Position numbers and translations under genes: made by a program. From assembly GCF_001194135.2 (NCBI RefSeq), contig NC_068996.1, forward strand, positions 8,243,683 to 8,307,682: a stretch of DNA of 64,000 nt, written 5' to 3'. Positions within the stretch are counted from its first letter, which is position 1, and each line of letters opens with the position of its first letter. Below the pieces are notes generated by a model. The model made no database searches. It had not been told where the DNA came from and was given only the letters and a program-made list of their open reading frames with translations. This document shows positions 26,012 through 37,620 of the stretch, piece after piece. The DNA is from Octopus bimaculoides. Its lineage: Eukaryota.

Positions 26012-26053
<42 letters not shown>

Positions 26054-26291
26054 CATCATCATTGTCATTATTATTATTATTAAGGCAGTGAGCTAGTAGA
26101 ATTATTGGCATAGCAGACAAATAAATGCTTGGCAGTATTTTGTTCATCTGTGTGTTCTGAGTTCAAATTCCACCAAAGTCGACTTTGACTTTCATCCTTT
26201 CAGGGTCATTAAAATAAGCACCAGTTGCGTACTGGGGTTGATGTAATTGACTTCCTTCCTTATAATTGCTCATCTTGTACCAAAATTTGAA

Positions 26292-26300
<9 letters not shown>
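25805..26300 (+). mobile_element. Two tandem SINE family B copies with tail type B2, separated by (TTA)n
   Basis: Same head and body as B1 but tail ccctcccccacaaatttcaggccttatgcctacagtagaaagtattatt; other B2 copies at about 25100, 28470, 37080, 42540-42920, 46900-47200, 47535 and 52010. Confidence 0.85.
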
Positions 26301-26350
<50 letters not shown>

Positions 26351-26377
26351 AGTAATATTTAGCAGCAGTTTATATTC

Positions 26378-26690
26378 TACAGTTCTATATTTAAGAGATG
26401 AGGAATTATGTACATTATTTACATTTAACGGATATTTGTCCTCATCTTGTTTGTTGTTAACACAATGTTTCGGCTGATATACCCCCCAACCTTCTTCAGG
26501 TGTCTTGGGGAAATTTTGAACCTGGGTTCTCATTCCTAAGGTATTTTTCGATATTAGGAATGAGTACCCAGGTTCGAAATTTCCCCAAGACACCTTATGA
26601 AGGCTGGAGGGTATATCAGCTGAAACGTTGTGTTAACAACAAACAAGATGAGGACAAATATCCGTCAAATGTAAATAATGTAAATAAAGT
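26378..26690. mobile_element. Inverted pair of Penelope-like terminal repeats (family 1), each with a minimal hammerhead ribozyme fold
   Basis: Minus arm about 26378-26537 and plus arm 26556-26683 are reverse complements with substitutions; cores CTGAAGA at 26493-26499 (-) and CTTATGA at 26594-26600 (+), stem II ggctg/cagcc, GAAACG, stem I gacac/gtgtt. Confidence 0.75.
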
Positions 26691-27072
26691 TTATATTCTG
26701 GGTAAAAGAAAAAAAATCTCATTAAAGTTCCAGGCTTTGTCTAGTTCTAACTGAATTCTGTGAAGAGATTTCTGTTTTTAGCTAGAACAAAAAGAAGACC
26801 TTATAATTGTGAGGCATCAGCTATCTCAGTGAAATCAGTGTTTGAATAGTTAAGCAATGTATACTTTGGGTATTGAATTCCTTTGAAATTTAAGAAAAAA
26901 AAAATCTGAGGGTGGTGGTGGGTGTCTCAAGCGATGTTAAAAATCCTGCAAGCAGATTAAAAATTGATGTTAAACAGAATGAAGACAAACTGGTAAATCA
27001 CCTCCTTATCTTTTATTTTAGTATGTAATATGTCTTTCACTATTTCTAAACATTGATATATTTTATTTACAG

Positions 27073-27182
27073 AATGGCTGCCAGCCATCAATACCTAAGT
27101 ACTATTGGTGTGAAGAACAATGTACACAAACAGAAGCTGTCTTTGAAAGCAATGGATGTTGTGCTGTTTGGACCACCAAAGA
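27073..27182 (+). CDS. STIM: STIM exon encoding the SAM domain C-terminal part (phase 2 to phase 1)
   Basis: tttatttacag acceptor, gtaagt donor; (R)MAASHQYLSTIGVKNNVHKQKLSLKAMDVVLFGPPK matches the STIM HKQKxSLKAMDVVLFGPP motif. Confidence 0.95.
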
Positions 27183-27733
27183 GTAAGTATTGATTTTATT
27201 GTGGGGGTGTATTTTGGGCCCTTTTGTTTTTCCCCTTTTGTTTTTCCCCCTTTCCCCCCACCCCTCTTCTTTCTTTTGATTGTTATGTAATAAGCGTAAC
27301 GTATGATTGAATGAGAAAGTTGTTAAAGTTTTTATGTCTGAATTCGGTCTTTGGAAATTTGATGAGTGAGGAAGTTGTAATATGGATTAAAGGAAAACAT
27401 CAAGAACACCAGCGTAAGAGAACCAGCTCTTAAGGTGTCAGAGCAAGAGAAGGGATGTTGGTATTGTTCGTGAGTTTTGGAAAGATGTAAATAGGTGTGT
27501 GTGTGTGTGAGTATATGTTTAACTGTGAAGTGGAACCTGGATCATAAACTCATTCTGTTCAGAGCTTAGCTATTTGACCAAGAATTATGGAATTATGTAG
27601 AAAAGGGAAATAATTAGTGATTTAAGGAGACAGCAATGCATAATATATCAGTCTGTGGAATAGCAGACACAGTTGAACACAACACACACACATTTATATA
27701 TACACACACATATATACATATTTATATTTGTAG

Positions 27734-27768
<35 letters not shown>

Positions 27769-28196
27769 TTAGAGAAAAGAACCAAAGTTCATGAACTCAT
27801 CCATGAAAATCCACAGTCACATATAGAAAAATTAATAAGTAAATGCACGATAAATAAGTATGTGGTGCACCAGCATGACCGCAGCCACTTGGCTGAAACA
27901 CATAAATAAATAAATAAATATATCAATCACCTATATATATATTCATTTATTTGTTTTTATTTCCATTTTTCAATGTTTGCATTAATTAGACAAATATATT
28001 GCCAAGGCCTTGTTTTACAACTGGATGCTCTTATTGTCACTGATTTTCAAGTGAGAAATTTCTTATTCGACAAGTCTTTGGAGTCACAAAGCCAACAGAT
28101 GTTCCGTTGACAGGAAAAGTGTCAATATCACTGCTTGTGACTTGTGATTACATGTACACACACACATGTATATGTATACTATGTTATATGTGTGTG

Positions 28197-28428
28197 TTAT
28201 TTCTTTACTACCCACAAGGGGCTACACACAGAGGGGACAAACAAGAACAGACAAACGGATTAAGTCGATTATATCGACTCCAGTGCATAACTGGTACTTA
28301 TTTAATCGATCCTGAAAGGATGAAAGGCAAAGTTGACCTTGGTGAAATTTGAACTCAGAATGTAGCAACAGGCGAAATACCACTAAGCATTTTGTCCAGT
28401 GTGCTAACGACTTTGCCAGCTCATCACC
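28197..28428 (-). mobile_element. SINE family B, tail B1
   Basis: Reverse complement of the 6679-6910 family; 3' end abuts a (TG)n tract. Confidence 0.9.
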
Positions 28429-28740
28429 TTAATAATTAATAATGATGATAATAATCATAATAATAATGCTTTCTAATTTAATCACAAAACAGCAATTTTG
28501 AGGGGAGGGGATTAGTTGATTATATCATTTTCTGTACCTGAAAAGATGAGAGGCAAATTTGGATTTAGTCAGATTTGAACCCAGAACCTAAAGAGCCGGA
28601 ATAAATTCTACAATGCGTTTTTTCCTGACTTTCAAATAATTCTGCCTATCCACAATTCTAATAGTAGTGGTGGTAGTTAAAGATCTTGGAGAGGCCTTAA
28701 TGTTATTACCAGGAATATGGCATAAATGAAACCAAAGGCA

Positions 28741-29441
28741 CATTCTTTGGCGATATGTAATACAAATGTTGGAACTAACTGCATTTAAATGAAAATCCTG
28801 AAAGGGAATTAATAGACATTATTGTTCAGAATATAGTACAAATGAATCCAGAGACACAGTTTTCAATTACAGTACTACCATAATTAATGATGTTGGTACA
28901 TTCTCTGGCGATATGTAATACAAATGTTGGAACTAATGGAACTAACTGCATTTAAATGAAAATCCTGNNNNNNNNNNNNNNNNNNNNNNNNNNNNNNNNN
29001 NNNNNNNNNNNNNNNNNNNNNNNNNNNNNNNNNNNNNNNNNNNNNNNNNNNNNNNNNNNNNNNNNNNNNNNNNNNNNNNNNNNNNNNNNNNNNNNNNNNN
29101 NNNNNNNNNNNNNNNNNNNNNNNNNNNNNNNNNNNNNNNNNNNNNNNNNNNNNNNNNNNNNNNNNNNNNNNNNNNNNNNNNNNNNNNNNNNNNNNNNNNN
29201 NNNNNNNGAATATAGTACAAATGAATCCAGAGACACAGTTTTCAATTACAGTACTACCATAATTAATGATGTTGGTACATTCTCTGGCGATATGTAATAC
29301 AAATGTTGGAACTAATGGAACTAACTGCATTTAAATGAAAATCCTGAAAGGGAATTAATAGACATTATTGTTTGGAATATAGTACAAATGAATCCAGAGA
29401 CACAGTTTTCAGTTACAGTACTACCACAATTAATGATGTTG
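28741..29441. repeat. 158-167-bp tandem repeat spanning a gap
   Basis: Unit starts gaatatagtacaaatg at 28829, 29208 and 29375; units differ by substitutions and a 9-bp ggaactaat duplication. Confidence 0.8.
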
Positions 29442-29943
29442 GATCTAACTATAGTTCAATAAATGCTATGGGTTGGGTTAAAAAATGATTCAGCAGATAT
29501 TAAAAAAACATAGTCTTCATATGTGTAATTTTATTGATATTGATAAAGAATTTTGTCAGATCTTTTCTCGTGGAAATGGATTATTGGATTAGTGAGAGAA
29601 AGAAATGGTTTCATAGAGGAGATCTTAAAGCATTGACGCTAACCAACTACAATTTTTATATTGCTTCACTGTAAAAGTCAAACCAAATAAAACATAAATA
29701 TGTGACTGCCTCCTCTTGATTATATCAGCCAACAAATTTCAGTTCCAGATAACGTCTTTACTCTTTTGTTACCGTATTTCTGCAGAAATACACTTCTTTT
29801 GCTTCGATTATATTTTTAACACAAGGAAAAATTTAGAGAAATAACATTAAGATGGTGCTTGGCAACATAAATTGAAATTTTGATGAAAGGTAGTATTTTA
29901 GGAAGTTTGAACTTAAAGATGAATCTCAGGCTGGTGTTCTTAA

Positions 29944-30335
29944 CTCTTTACTCTTTTTACTCTTTTACTGGTTTCAGTCATTTGACTGTGGCCATGCTGG
30001 AGCACCACCTTTAGTCGAGCAAATCGACCCCAGGACTTATTCTTTGTAAACCTAGTACTTAATCTATCGGTCTCTTTTGCCGAACCGCTAGGTTACGGGG
30101 ACGTAAACACACCAGCATCGGTTGTCAAGCGATGTTGGGGGGACAAACACAGACACACACATACATATATACGCCAGGCTTCTTTCAGTTTCCATCTACC
30201 AAATCCACTCACAAGGCTTTGGTCGGCCCGAGGCTATAGTAGAAGACACTTGCCCAAGGTGCCACGCAGTGGGACTGAACCCGGAACCATTTGGTTGGTA
30301 AGCAAGCTACTTACCACACAGCCACTCCTGCACCT
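29944..30335 (-). mobile_element. SINE family A, near full-length young copy
   Basis: Complete head (aggtgcaggagtggctgtgtggtaag...gggttcagtccc) to (AAAGAGT)n-type tail. Confidence 0.9.
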
Positions 30336-30664
30336 ATAAGCCACTCGATAATCATTTATAAAAGTCATTTATTAAAAATGTCTATGATCCAGTCACTGAT
30401 ACTACTTTTATGACACATCTACTTATACTGCATCTCTTTAGTGTTCAGATTATTCTGTCAAATGTAAGATTTATTTATTCACATTATTTTGAATTAATTA
30501 TGCATTCTCTTCAGGTTTTTGAGATTTTGATGACCTGATTGTTTGTTTTGATAATGACATTGTCTGGTAGGTGTGAGAGGCCAGATCTGGCTAATTTGAA
30601 CATAAGACAGAATATTTGGGCCGGGTATGGCCGGTTTGAATACTACAGGGTTATCATACACTTA

Positions 30665-30790
30665 AGCACTATACTCATATCCCACACCTACTGTACTCTC
30701 CTCATATCACACACCTACTGTACTCTCCTCATATCACACACCTACTGTACTCTCCTCATATCCCACATCTATTGTGTTTCCTTTATATCA
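30665..30790. repeat. 27-bp minisatellite (ctcatatcacacacctactgtactctc), about 4 units
   Basis: Direct repeats visible; translates as LLISHTYCT x3. Confidence 0.85.
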
Positions 30791-31888
30791 CAGTACTGAA
30801 TTTACATTGTACATCTACTGCAGTTTTATCATACATCTGTCTACTTCTCTTTCGTTATACTACTGCACTTATATCTCACATCTACTGTGCAACACTTTAC
30901 ATCAAATATTCTTCTTATTTACCAACCTCTTTCTGGGTTTCACAAAGTTAATTCAAGTAATAAATCATTCACTTGCCTTTTATTTAAACTTGACTTCTCT
31001 TGTTTGCTAAACAATTGACTCAACTCAGTTTTGTTTCCCTGGTTCTTTCTGCAGTTTAATAATCAATACTTACTCACAAAAGTGTCAGTACAATGTGTTA
31101 TGAATAAATAAGTAAACAGACTGTGACTAAGTATGTACATTTAGTCTTTTTGAAAGATCCTCACAGACCTAATTTCTTAATGAATCTAAATACCTATTGA
31201 TATGAGCCTGGGTATTTATTTATTTTATAATCAATTGAGTTAATTATTCCATAACTTTTGTTGTTCTCGTTGAGCACACCGATGATCAAAGGCATTCCAG
31301 TTATGATCGTTCCATGTTTTTGGATGCATAGAACAACATTGTTGACTGTGTTTGTGACATTTTAAAAGATGAGTGGTTGTAATTTGAGGGAGATTTAACT
31401 GATATTTTTTTTTTGAAGTTTGCTTGACCAAGTTGAAGTTAGTTTATATTATTCTACCAGACAGACAGAAGTGAGTGAAGCATAATTCTATGTCAGTGGG
31501 GGCAATCAGGCTGGGTTGGAATCATGTGATCAAATGTGAGGAATCTGAATTTGAAGTGACATAAAAATCGCAGTACTGAGATTTAAAGACAATTCTAAAA
31601 ACATTAGAAAGATAAAAGATTTTTTTAAAGGGAGTTTGAGAAACATATAGTGTATTTTGCTCCTTTTATTATGTTAGAATAGCTATTTTAGGTGAATAGA
31701 AGAAATATAGATCTTAAAAAAAATATTTATTTGCAGTTTTAAAATGGAGGAACATGTAACACATTTACTTTCTGTTAGAGTAACTATTTTAGGGGAAAAT
31801 TAGAAGCGAAACAGTCTCAAAAATATCTGTTTAGTGTTTAAATTGGAGTTTATTTGAGAAATATAACATTTGCTATTATATTGTACTA

Positions 31889-32815
31889 CTAGCAGACATA
31901 CCTGGCATTGCTTGGGATTTAAATGGCATAGTTTGTATATATGATACAGTTAGGTGAAACATGTGATACAGGGAAGTACAACATTAAAGCTAAAACATTT
32001 GATGAGTAAATGAAGGGCTAATTCGACTGACATATTGTGCATCTGTTTGGAAGATCCCAGGCCCTAACCTTGTCATGGAAAAGTGGGTGGTGGGTATGTA
32101 ATTTTTGAATGCATCAAAAAGCTCTCGGTGAATATACACACCTTTGTGGCTGTTGGCGCTGCCGCTGCCATGCTGAGCAATCAGCAGACATAGGAATTAC
32201 ATCTGTGTGATAAATTAAACCTGTGGATGTGCTCAACAGCACCACATGAGAGAAATCTACATGAAAGAAATGACATGGTAAGTGGGGGTGGGATTGGCTG
32301 AATCTGTTAATGCAGCATTCCTGGCCAGGCAAATACTACACTGCTCATTGCTTTCCATTGCTCTTGCAGTAGCTGTACATGCAACATTTTGTGATTGTCT
32401 AATTGAAATCTCATGTGATGATCGATTTCTTCTCCTTCTTTTCAATTTCTCTGCTACTGCTGTTTTTCGACCAATTATTATGTGAAGAAATATGATGTAA
32501 TAAACTAAGATGGCAATTGTACATTAATAATTAAATGCCAATAAAAAAAGGTAAATAATATCAATATCTCAGCAAATTTAAAGAAAAGTTACTTTGCAAA
32601 GAGTTACTCCCCTTCTCCACAGCAGTCATATGTACCCAGAAAAGGGGGTTTTCTGGCCCCAGAGGCTCCATTACGCATTATGTGAAAAATTCTAAGAGTC
32701 TGGAACATAAGTAACGTATGTTCCAAGTTTGAAGAAAATCGGTTGTGAACTTTAGAAGTTTTGTAGGTTTACACACACACACACGCACACATATACTGAG
32801 TTTTATATATATAGA
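31889..32815 (-). mobile_element. Non-autonomous Helitron, 927 bp
   Basis: Minus strand begins TCTATATATATAAAA after an A (32816) and ends CTAG before a T (31888); degenerate GC-rich subterminal hairpin cccaagcaatgccagg about 12 nt from the 3' end; no TSD. Confidence 0.8.
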
Positions 32816-33300
32816 TGTTAAAATAATGAATGTAATCAAAATATAATGAGCGTATCAACTTACATAACTAATTAACAAATAAATAATAGTGTATTGCAGG
32901 GACATGATATCGAAGACATAACAAGCGAAACAGTTTATTTATTGAATTCTTTTGTTTTTTAAATTCCCTCATTGTTCAATATTTTTGTTTTTATAAACTT
33001 TCAAAACAAACGTAAATGAAGGAAAATAATTAAAATGGCTGAATTTTAATGGAAGAATCATAAGCTTATCTTGCTTATCTCCCTTTGCAGTCACTCTTTT
33101 TGCTACATAGGCCTAATGTACAAACTGAGCCTTTCATTGTTTGATTTGTTTAAATTTGTATTAAAAGAAAAGAAAATATATGCCATAGAGAGGGAATGTG
33201 TGGCACCTTGGGCAAATGTGTTCTACTTTAACCCTGAGTTGACCAAAGCATTGTAAGTGGGTTTGGTAGACAGAAAATGTGTAGAAGCCCGTTATGTGTG

Positions 33301-33532
33301 TTATTTCTTTACTACCCACAAGGGGCTACACACAGAGGGAACAAACAAGGACAGACAAATGGATTAAGTCGATTATATCGACCCCAGTGCGTAACTGGTA
33401 CTTATTTAATCGACCACGAAAGGATGAAAGGCAAAGTCAACCTCAGCGGAATTTGAACTCAGAACGTAGCAGCAGATGAAATACCGCTAAGCATTTCGCC
33501 CGGTGTGCTAACGTTTCTGCCAGCTCGCCGCC
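33301..33532 (-). mobile_element. SINE family B, tail B1, full length with 9-bp TSD
   Basis: ttatgtgtg at 33292-33300 and 33533-33541; complete head ggcggcgagctggcagaaacgttagc. Confidence 0.92.
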
Positions 33533-34141
33533 TTATGTGTGTGTGTATATGTGGTTGCTTGTGTGTGTGTGTGTGTGTATGTATGTCTATGGTATTACCC
33601 CCTTTGACATCATGTTATAGTTACAAATGAGCGTAACGGTCATGCAAGCAATGTCCTTAGTTTCCAATCTTCCGTGGGAACATGTCTGGTTATGGGAAAA
33701 TATTACCTTACTTGGAAACAGGTGAAGGTTGGTGACAAGAAGGACCTCCATACAAAGAACATCTGCCTCAACAAAAATTCTGTCCAACTAAGTCAACATA
33801 GAAAAGTAGACGTTAAACTGCAGATAATGTGTAGTATTATTTTTAGAAAATAAGTTTTTCAAATAAATTTCATTGTAAAATGGTATTTAAAATTATTTTT
33901 TGAAATTATTTTCCCCTAGAATATTTCAGACTTTGGTGCTTTGAGCAGAGCATTCAGTGTTTCAATCTTTCAGTATTTTGATTTTTAGGTCATTTGGAAT
34001 TTGGCTTTCTCATGGGTTTGACTTTATGATCAGCACCAATCCAGGATAGTTTTAACAGTCTTAGATTTAATTATCAGCCAAGTTCCTTGACCACTCATCT
34101 ATTGCTACCCTCTTATTGTGTATATATTTTTCTGCTTTCAG

Positions 34142-34316
34142 AGGGTCACAGTTATATTAAAGACTTGACCTTGATTGCTTCTCTCATCATTGCCATTGGT
34201 GGATGCTGGTTTGCGTATCTTCAACACAAATATTCTCAGGCTCACGTGAAAAAAATGATGCGGGACTGGGAATCTCTTCAAATTGCAGAAGAATCCTTAA
34301 AAGAATTGCAAGAACG
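34142..34316 (+). CDS. STIM: STIM exon encoding the transmembrane helix and start of CC1 (phase 1 to phase 2)
   Basis: tctgctttcag acceptor, gtaagg donor; (K)GHSYIKDLTLIASLIIAIGGCWFAYLQHKYSQAHVKKMMRDWESLQIAEESLKELQE(R) aligns with STIM1 [47 protein letters not shown]; in frame with the previous exon. Confidence 0.96.
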
Positions 34317-35424
34317 GTAAGGACTTTCTCTGTAATTTCATATTTACACACACACACACACACACACACACCTCAAAAGTTAATGGGCACCATCATTTTG
34401 GAAAGGTTCATTTGTAGACATAAAATATTGTCATTTGATGCATTTGAATATTTAATCTTGTATTTAGTAGACATGCCTTGTGAATAATACATAAATAAGT
34501 TGGAAACACCAAGTAGCGTTTACACAGATAGAATGGTATAATGAAGGATGTCTGTGTGTGTATATGGAAATATGAACAGGACAAAGGACCAAGATACCTT
34601 GTGCCTAGCCTTACTCAAGGAGACCCGTCCCCTGCAGCAAAAAGGTTAAGACCAATCCTTCTGGTGGTGTAAAGCACTTGTGGTGACGTCATGTAAAAGT
34701 GCCTGTGCAGTACCGTGCAAAAGCACCCTTGTGGCAACATGTAAAAGTGGCCATGCAGTGCCATGTAAGAGCACCTGTGTGGTGCCATGTAAAAGCACCC
34801 ATGCAGCACCACAAAAGTGCTTGTAAAGCACCCACGTATAAAAGCACTCAGTACACTCTATAAAGTGGTTGGCATTAGGAAGGGCATCCAGACATAGAAA
34901 CCATGCCAAATCAGACTGGATTGCAGCTCCCCAGCTTGCCAGCCCTGGTCAAACCATCCAACCCATGCCAGAATTCAGAGTCTATGTACCTATATACCTG
35001 TCTAGTGTTGATAAAGAACCGCTTACACTTTCCTGTCACTTGTGAGGTTTTCACCAGCGCTCCCATGGGCACTTCATTTACTTATCTAGCTGGAATCAAC
35101 CTGAAGCTATGATTTTCCTGGTTTTGTACATGTCTACACTGAATCAATATGAATCTTTGCCATCCAGATTCTTTTCATACATGTGTGTGTGTGTGGTGTT
35201 CTCTCTTCTGCATAAATATGTTATAAATGACTTGATGCTTTACACCTGCCTATTCATATGTTATTCTCATCAGCTCAACCTGTACATTGTCTGTAGCCAA
35301 CTCTTATTTCTTGGAACTTTATATCCCTGCACTTAACATTGAAGTTTAGGTCCTTGGTTTAGTCAGAGCATTTATTGTATGTAGCTGTTAAACTATTTGT
35401 TCTTTCACCTTCTCTTACCTGTTG

Positions 35425-35509
<85 letters not shown>

Positions 35510-36433
35510 ACGTGTGTGTGTATGATAAATATTGGCTGAGTGAGTCTCTGTTGGTACAGAGGATCTTCAGGCAAGTTGTGTATCACAACTTGCCTGAAGA
35601 TCTTGTGTACCAACAAATGAAACTCAGAGTAGCAGGAGGGTGATTCAATTAAAATATAATATCATATTGCGTACTCTTTTTCCAGCGGTTAATATTAAAT
35701 GTATACATATATTTACTTGTGTGTGTGTGTGTGTGTGTGTGTTTTCTTGTTTGAAACATAAAACCATATTATTATATTGGAAGTGTGTGTAATTTTTTTT
35801 TTTTGTGTTTTTAATATGTTTATCATGTATAAGGTAAAGAAATAACAAGCCCAAACCCAGCAATTGTTGGATAGTCAGATGTCTATGTTAATGATGATGA
35901 AGGCCATAAATGATGATTGATTATACACTGAAACCTTTACTTATGAATTTGTAATCCAGTTTACATTATATATGACAAATGTACACACAAACAAACAATA
36001 CATGATTGTAGAATGTAAAATTTATTTACGTGATTAATTTCTTAAAATTGCAAAGTTGCTCGATTCTGAAAGTCAAGTAAGCAGCATATATGATGATGAT
36101 GATGATGATGGTATGTGTGTGTGTGTGTATGATGTATGTATATTTTCTCGTTTCACCCCTTCCTCTCCCTTTTCTCCTATTTTTCTGTGTCATTAGCTTC
36201 CTATTTATTTCCTTCTCAGCTCATTTATAAAATGTTTTGCTATCTCGTCCACTTTAGACGTTTGATCTCTCTGAACATAATGCAATAATGTGTTCCTCTG
36301 CTTATCCATTGTGGTTAAGCATCCAATTATACTTGGAACATCCAGTGTTGTGTTTCCAAACAACCATAACGGTGAAACATATATAGGAAACAAATTATAT
36401 AACTTTTTGTTTATCATAATTTCTCACAGATAT

Positions 36434-36474
<41 letters not shown>

Positions 36475-37387
36475 TTAATGTCCATTTTCCATGCTGGCAT
36501 GGGTTGGATGGTTTGACAGGAGTTGGCAAGGCCAGGAACTGCACTGGGTTCCAATTTTCTGTTTTGGCATGATTTTACAGCTGGATGCCCTTCCAAATGC
36601 CAACCACGTTACAGTGTGGACTGGATGCTTTTAACATGGCATCAGCACTGGCAGGGTTAACCAAGTAACTCCACAAGACAAGGAATTATGAGAGGGGTGA
36701 GGACATTTGAGGAGGGGAACTTGTGTCAGATGATGAAAGGTTAAAGTGTGGCAGAGAGACGGAGAGGCAGAAATAGGTGTCTTACTATAGAAGAAGTACA
36801 TGGTTACTCTGTAAGAAGGAAGAACGATTGAGATAGAGAGACAGAGAGAGAGAGAGAGAGAATAAGAAGAAGAGAGAGGCATGGGTTGGACAGTTTGATG
36901 GGAACTGGCCAGCTAAAGAACTGCCAAGGCTCCATTTTGTCTGTTTTGATATGGTTCCTATGGCTGGATGCCCTTCCTAATGCCAACCACTTTACAGAGT
37001 GTACTGAGTGATTTTTACATGGCACCAACACTGAGCTATAAAGTTTACACAGACTATTTCATTATTTAAGAATTCACAGGTGGCACACTGGCAGAAATGT
37101 TAAAGTGTCGGAAAAGATATAATATGGTATTTATTCCAGCTCTTTATGTTCTCAGTTCAAATCTCACCTGAGTCAATGTTGCCTTTTATCCTTTTGGGGC
37201 CATTACCATAAAGTACTAGTCAAGTACTGGAAGTGATGATTTTGAGTAACTCCATTCCTTGAAAACCACAAGTTTTGTGCCTAAGTTAGAAACCATTGTT
37301 TAAGAATTTAAGTTTTTGTATTATCCTACAAATTCAAGAAAATTTTCTGGTGGATGGTAGATTTTTATGTGATATTATATTAGTTGT

Positions 37388-37620
37388 TGCACCTGTGCTA
37401 CCATACCTGAGTTACTACTCCTTTTGTTATGACATCTGTGTTAATGCACCTGTGTTAATCCACCTATATTAATGCACCTGTGTTAATACACCTTGTTAAT
37501 ACACCTTGTTATTACTCTGATGCTGATACACCTGTTTTAATGCACTTGTGTTAATTACACCTGTGTTGATACACCTTTGCTAATGCACTTGTTATTATGC
37601 CTTTATTATTTCACCTGTCA
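37388..37620. repeat. Degenerate 13-14-bp minisatellite (gcacctgtgttaat)
   Basis: More than 10 diverged units visible. Confidence 0.8.
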
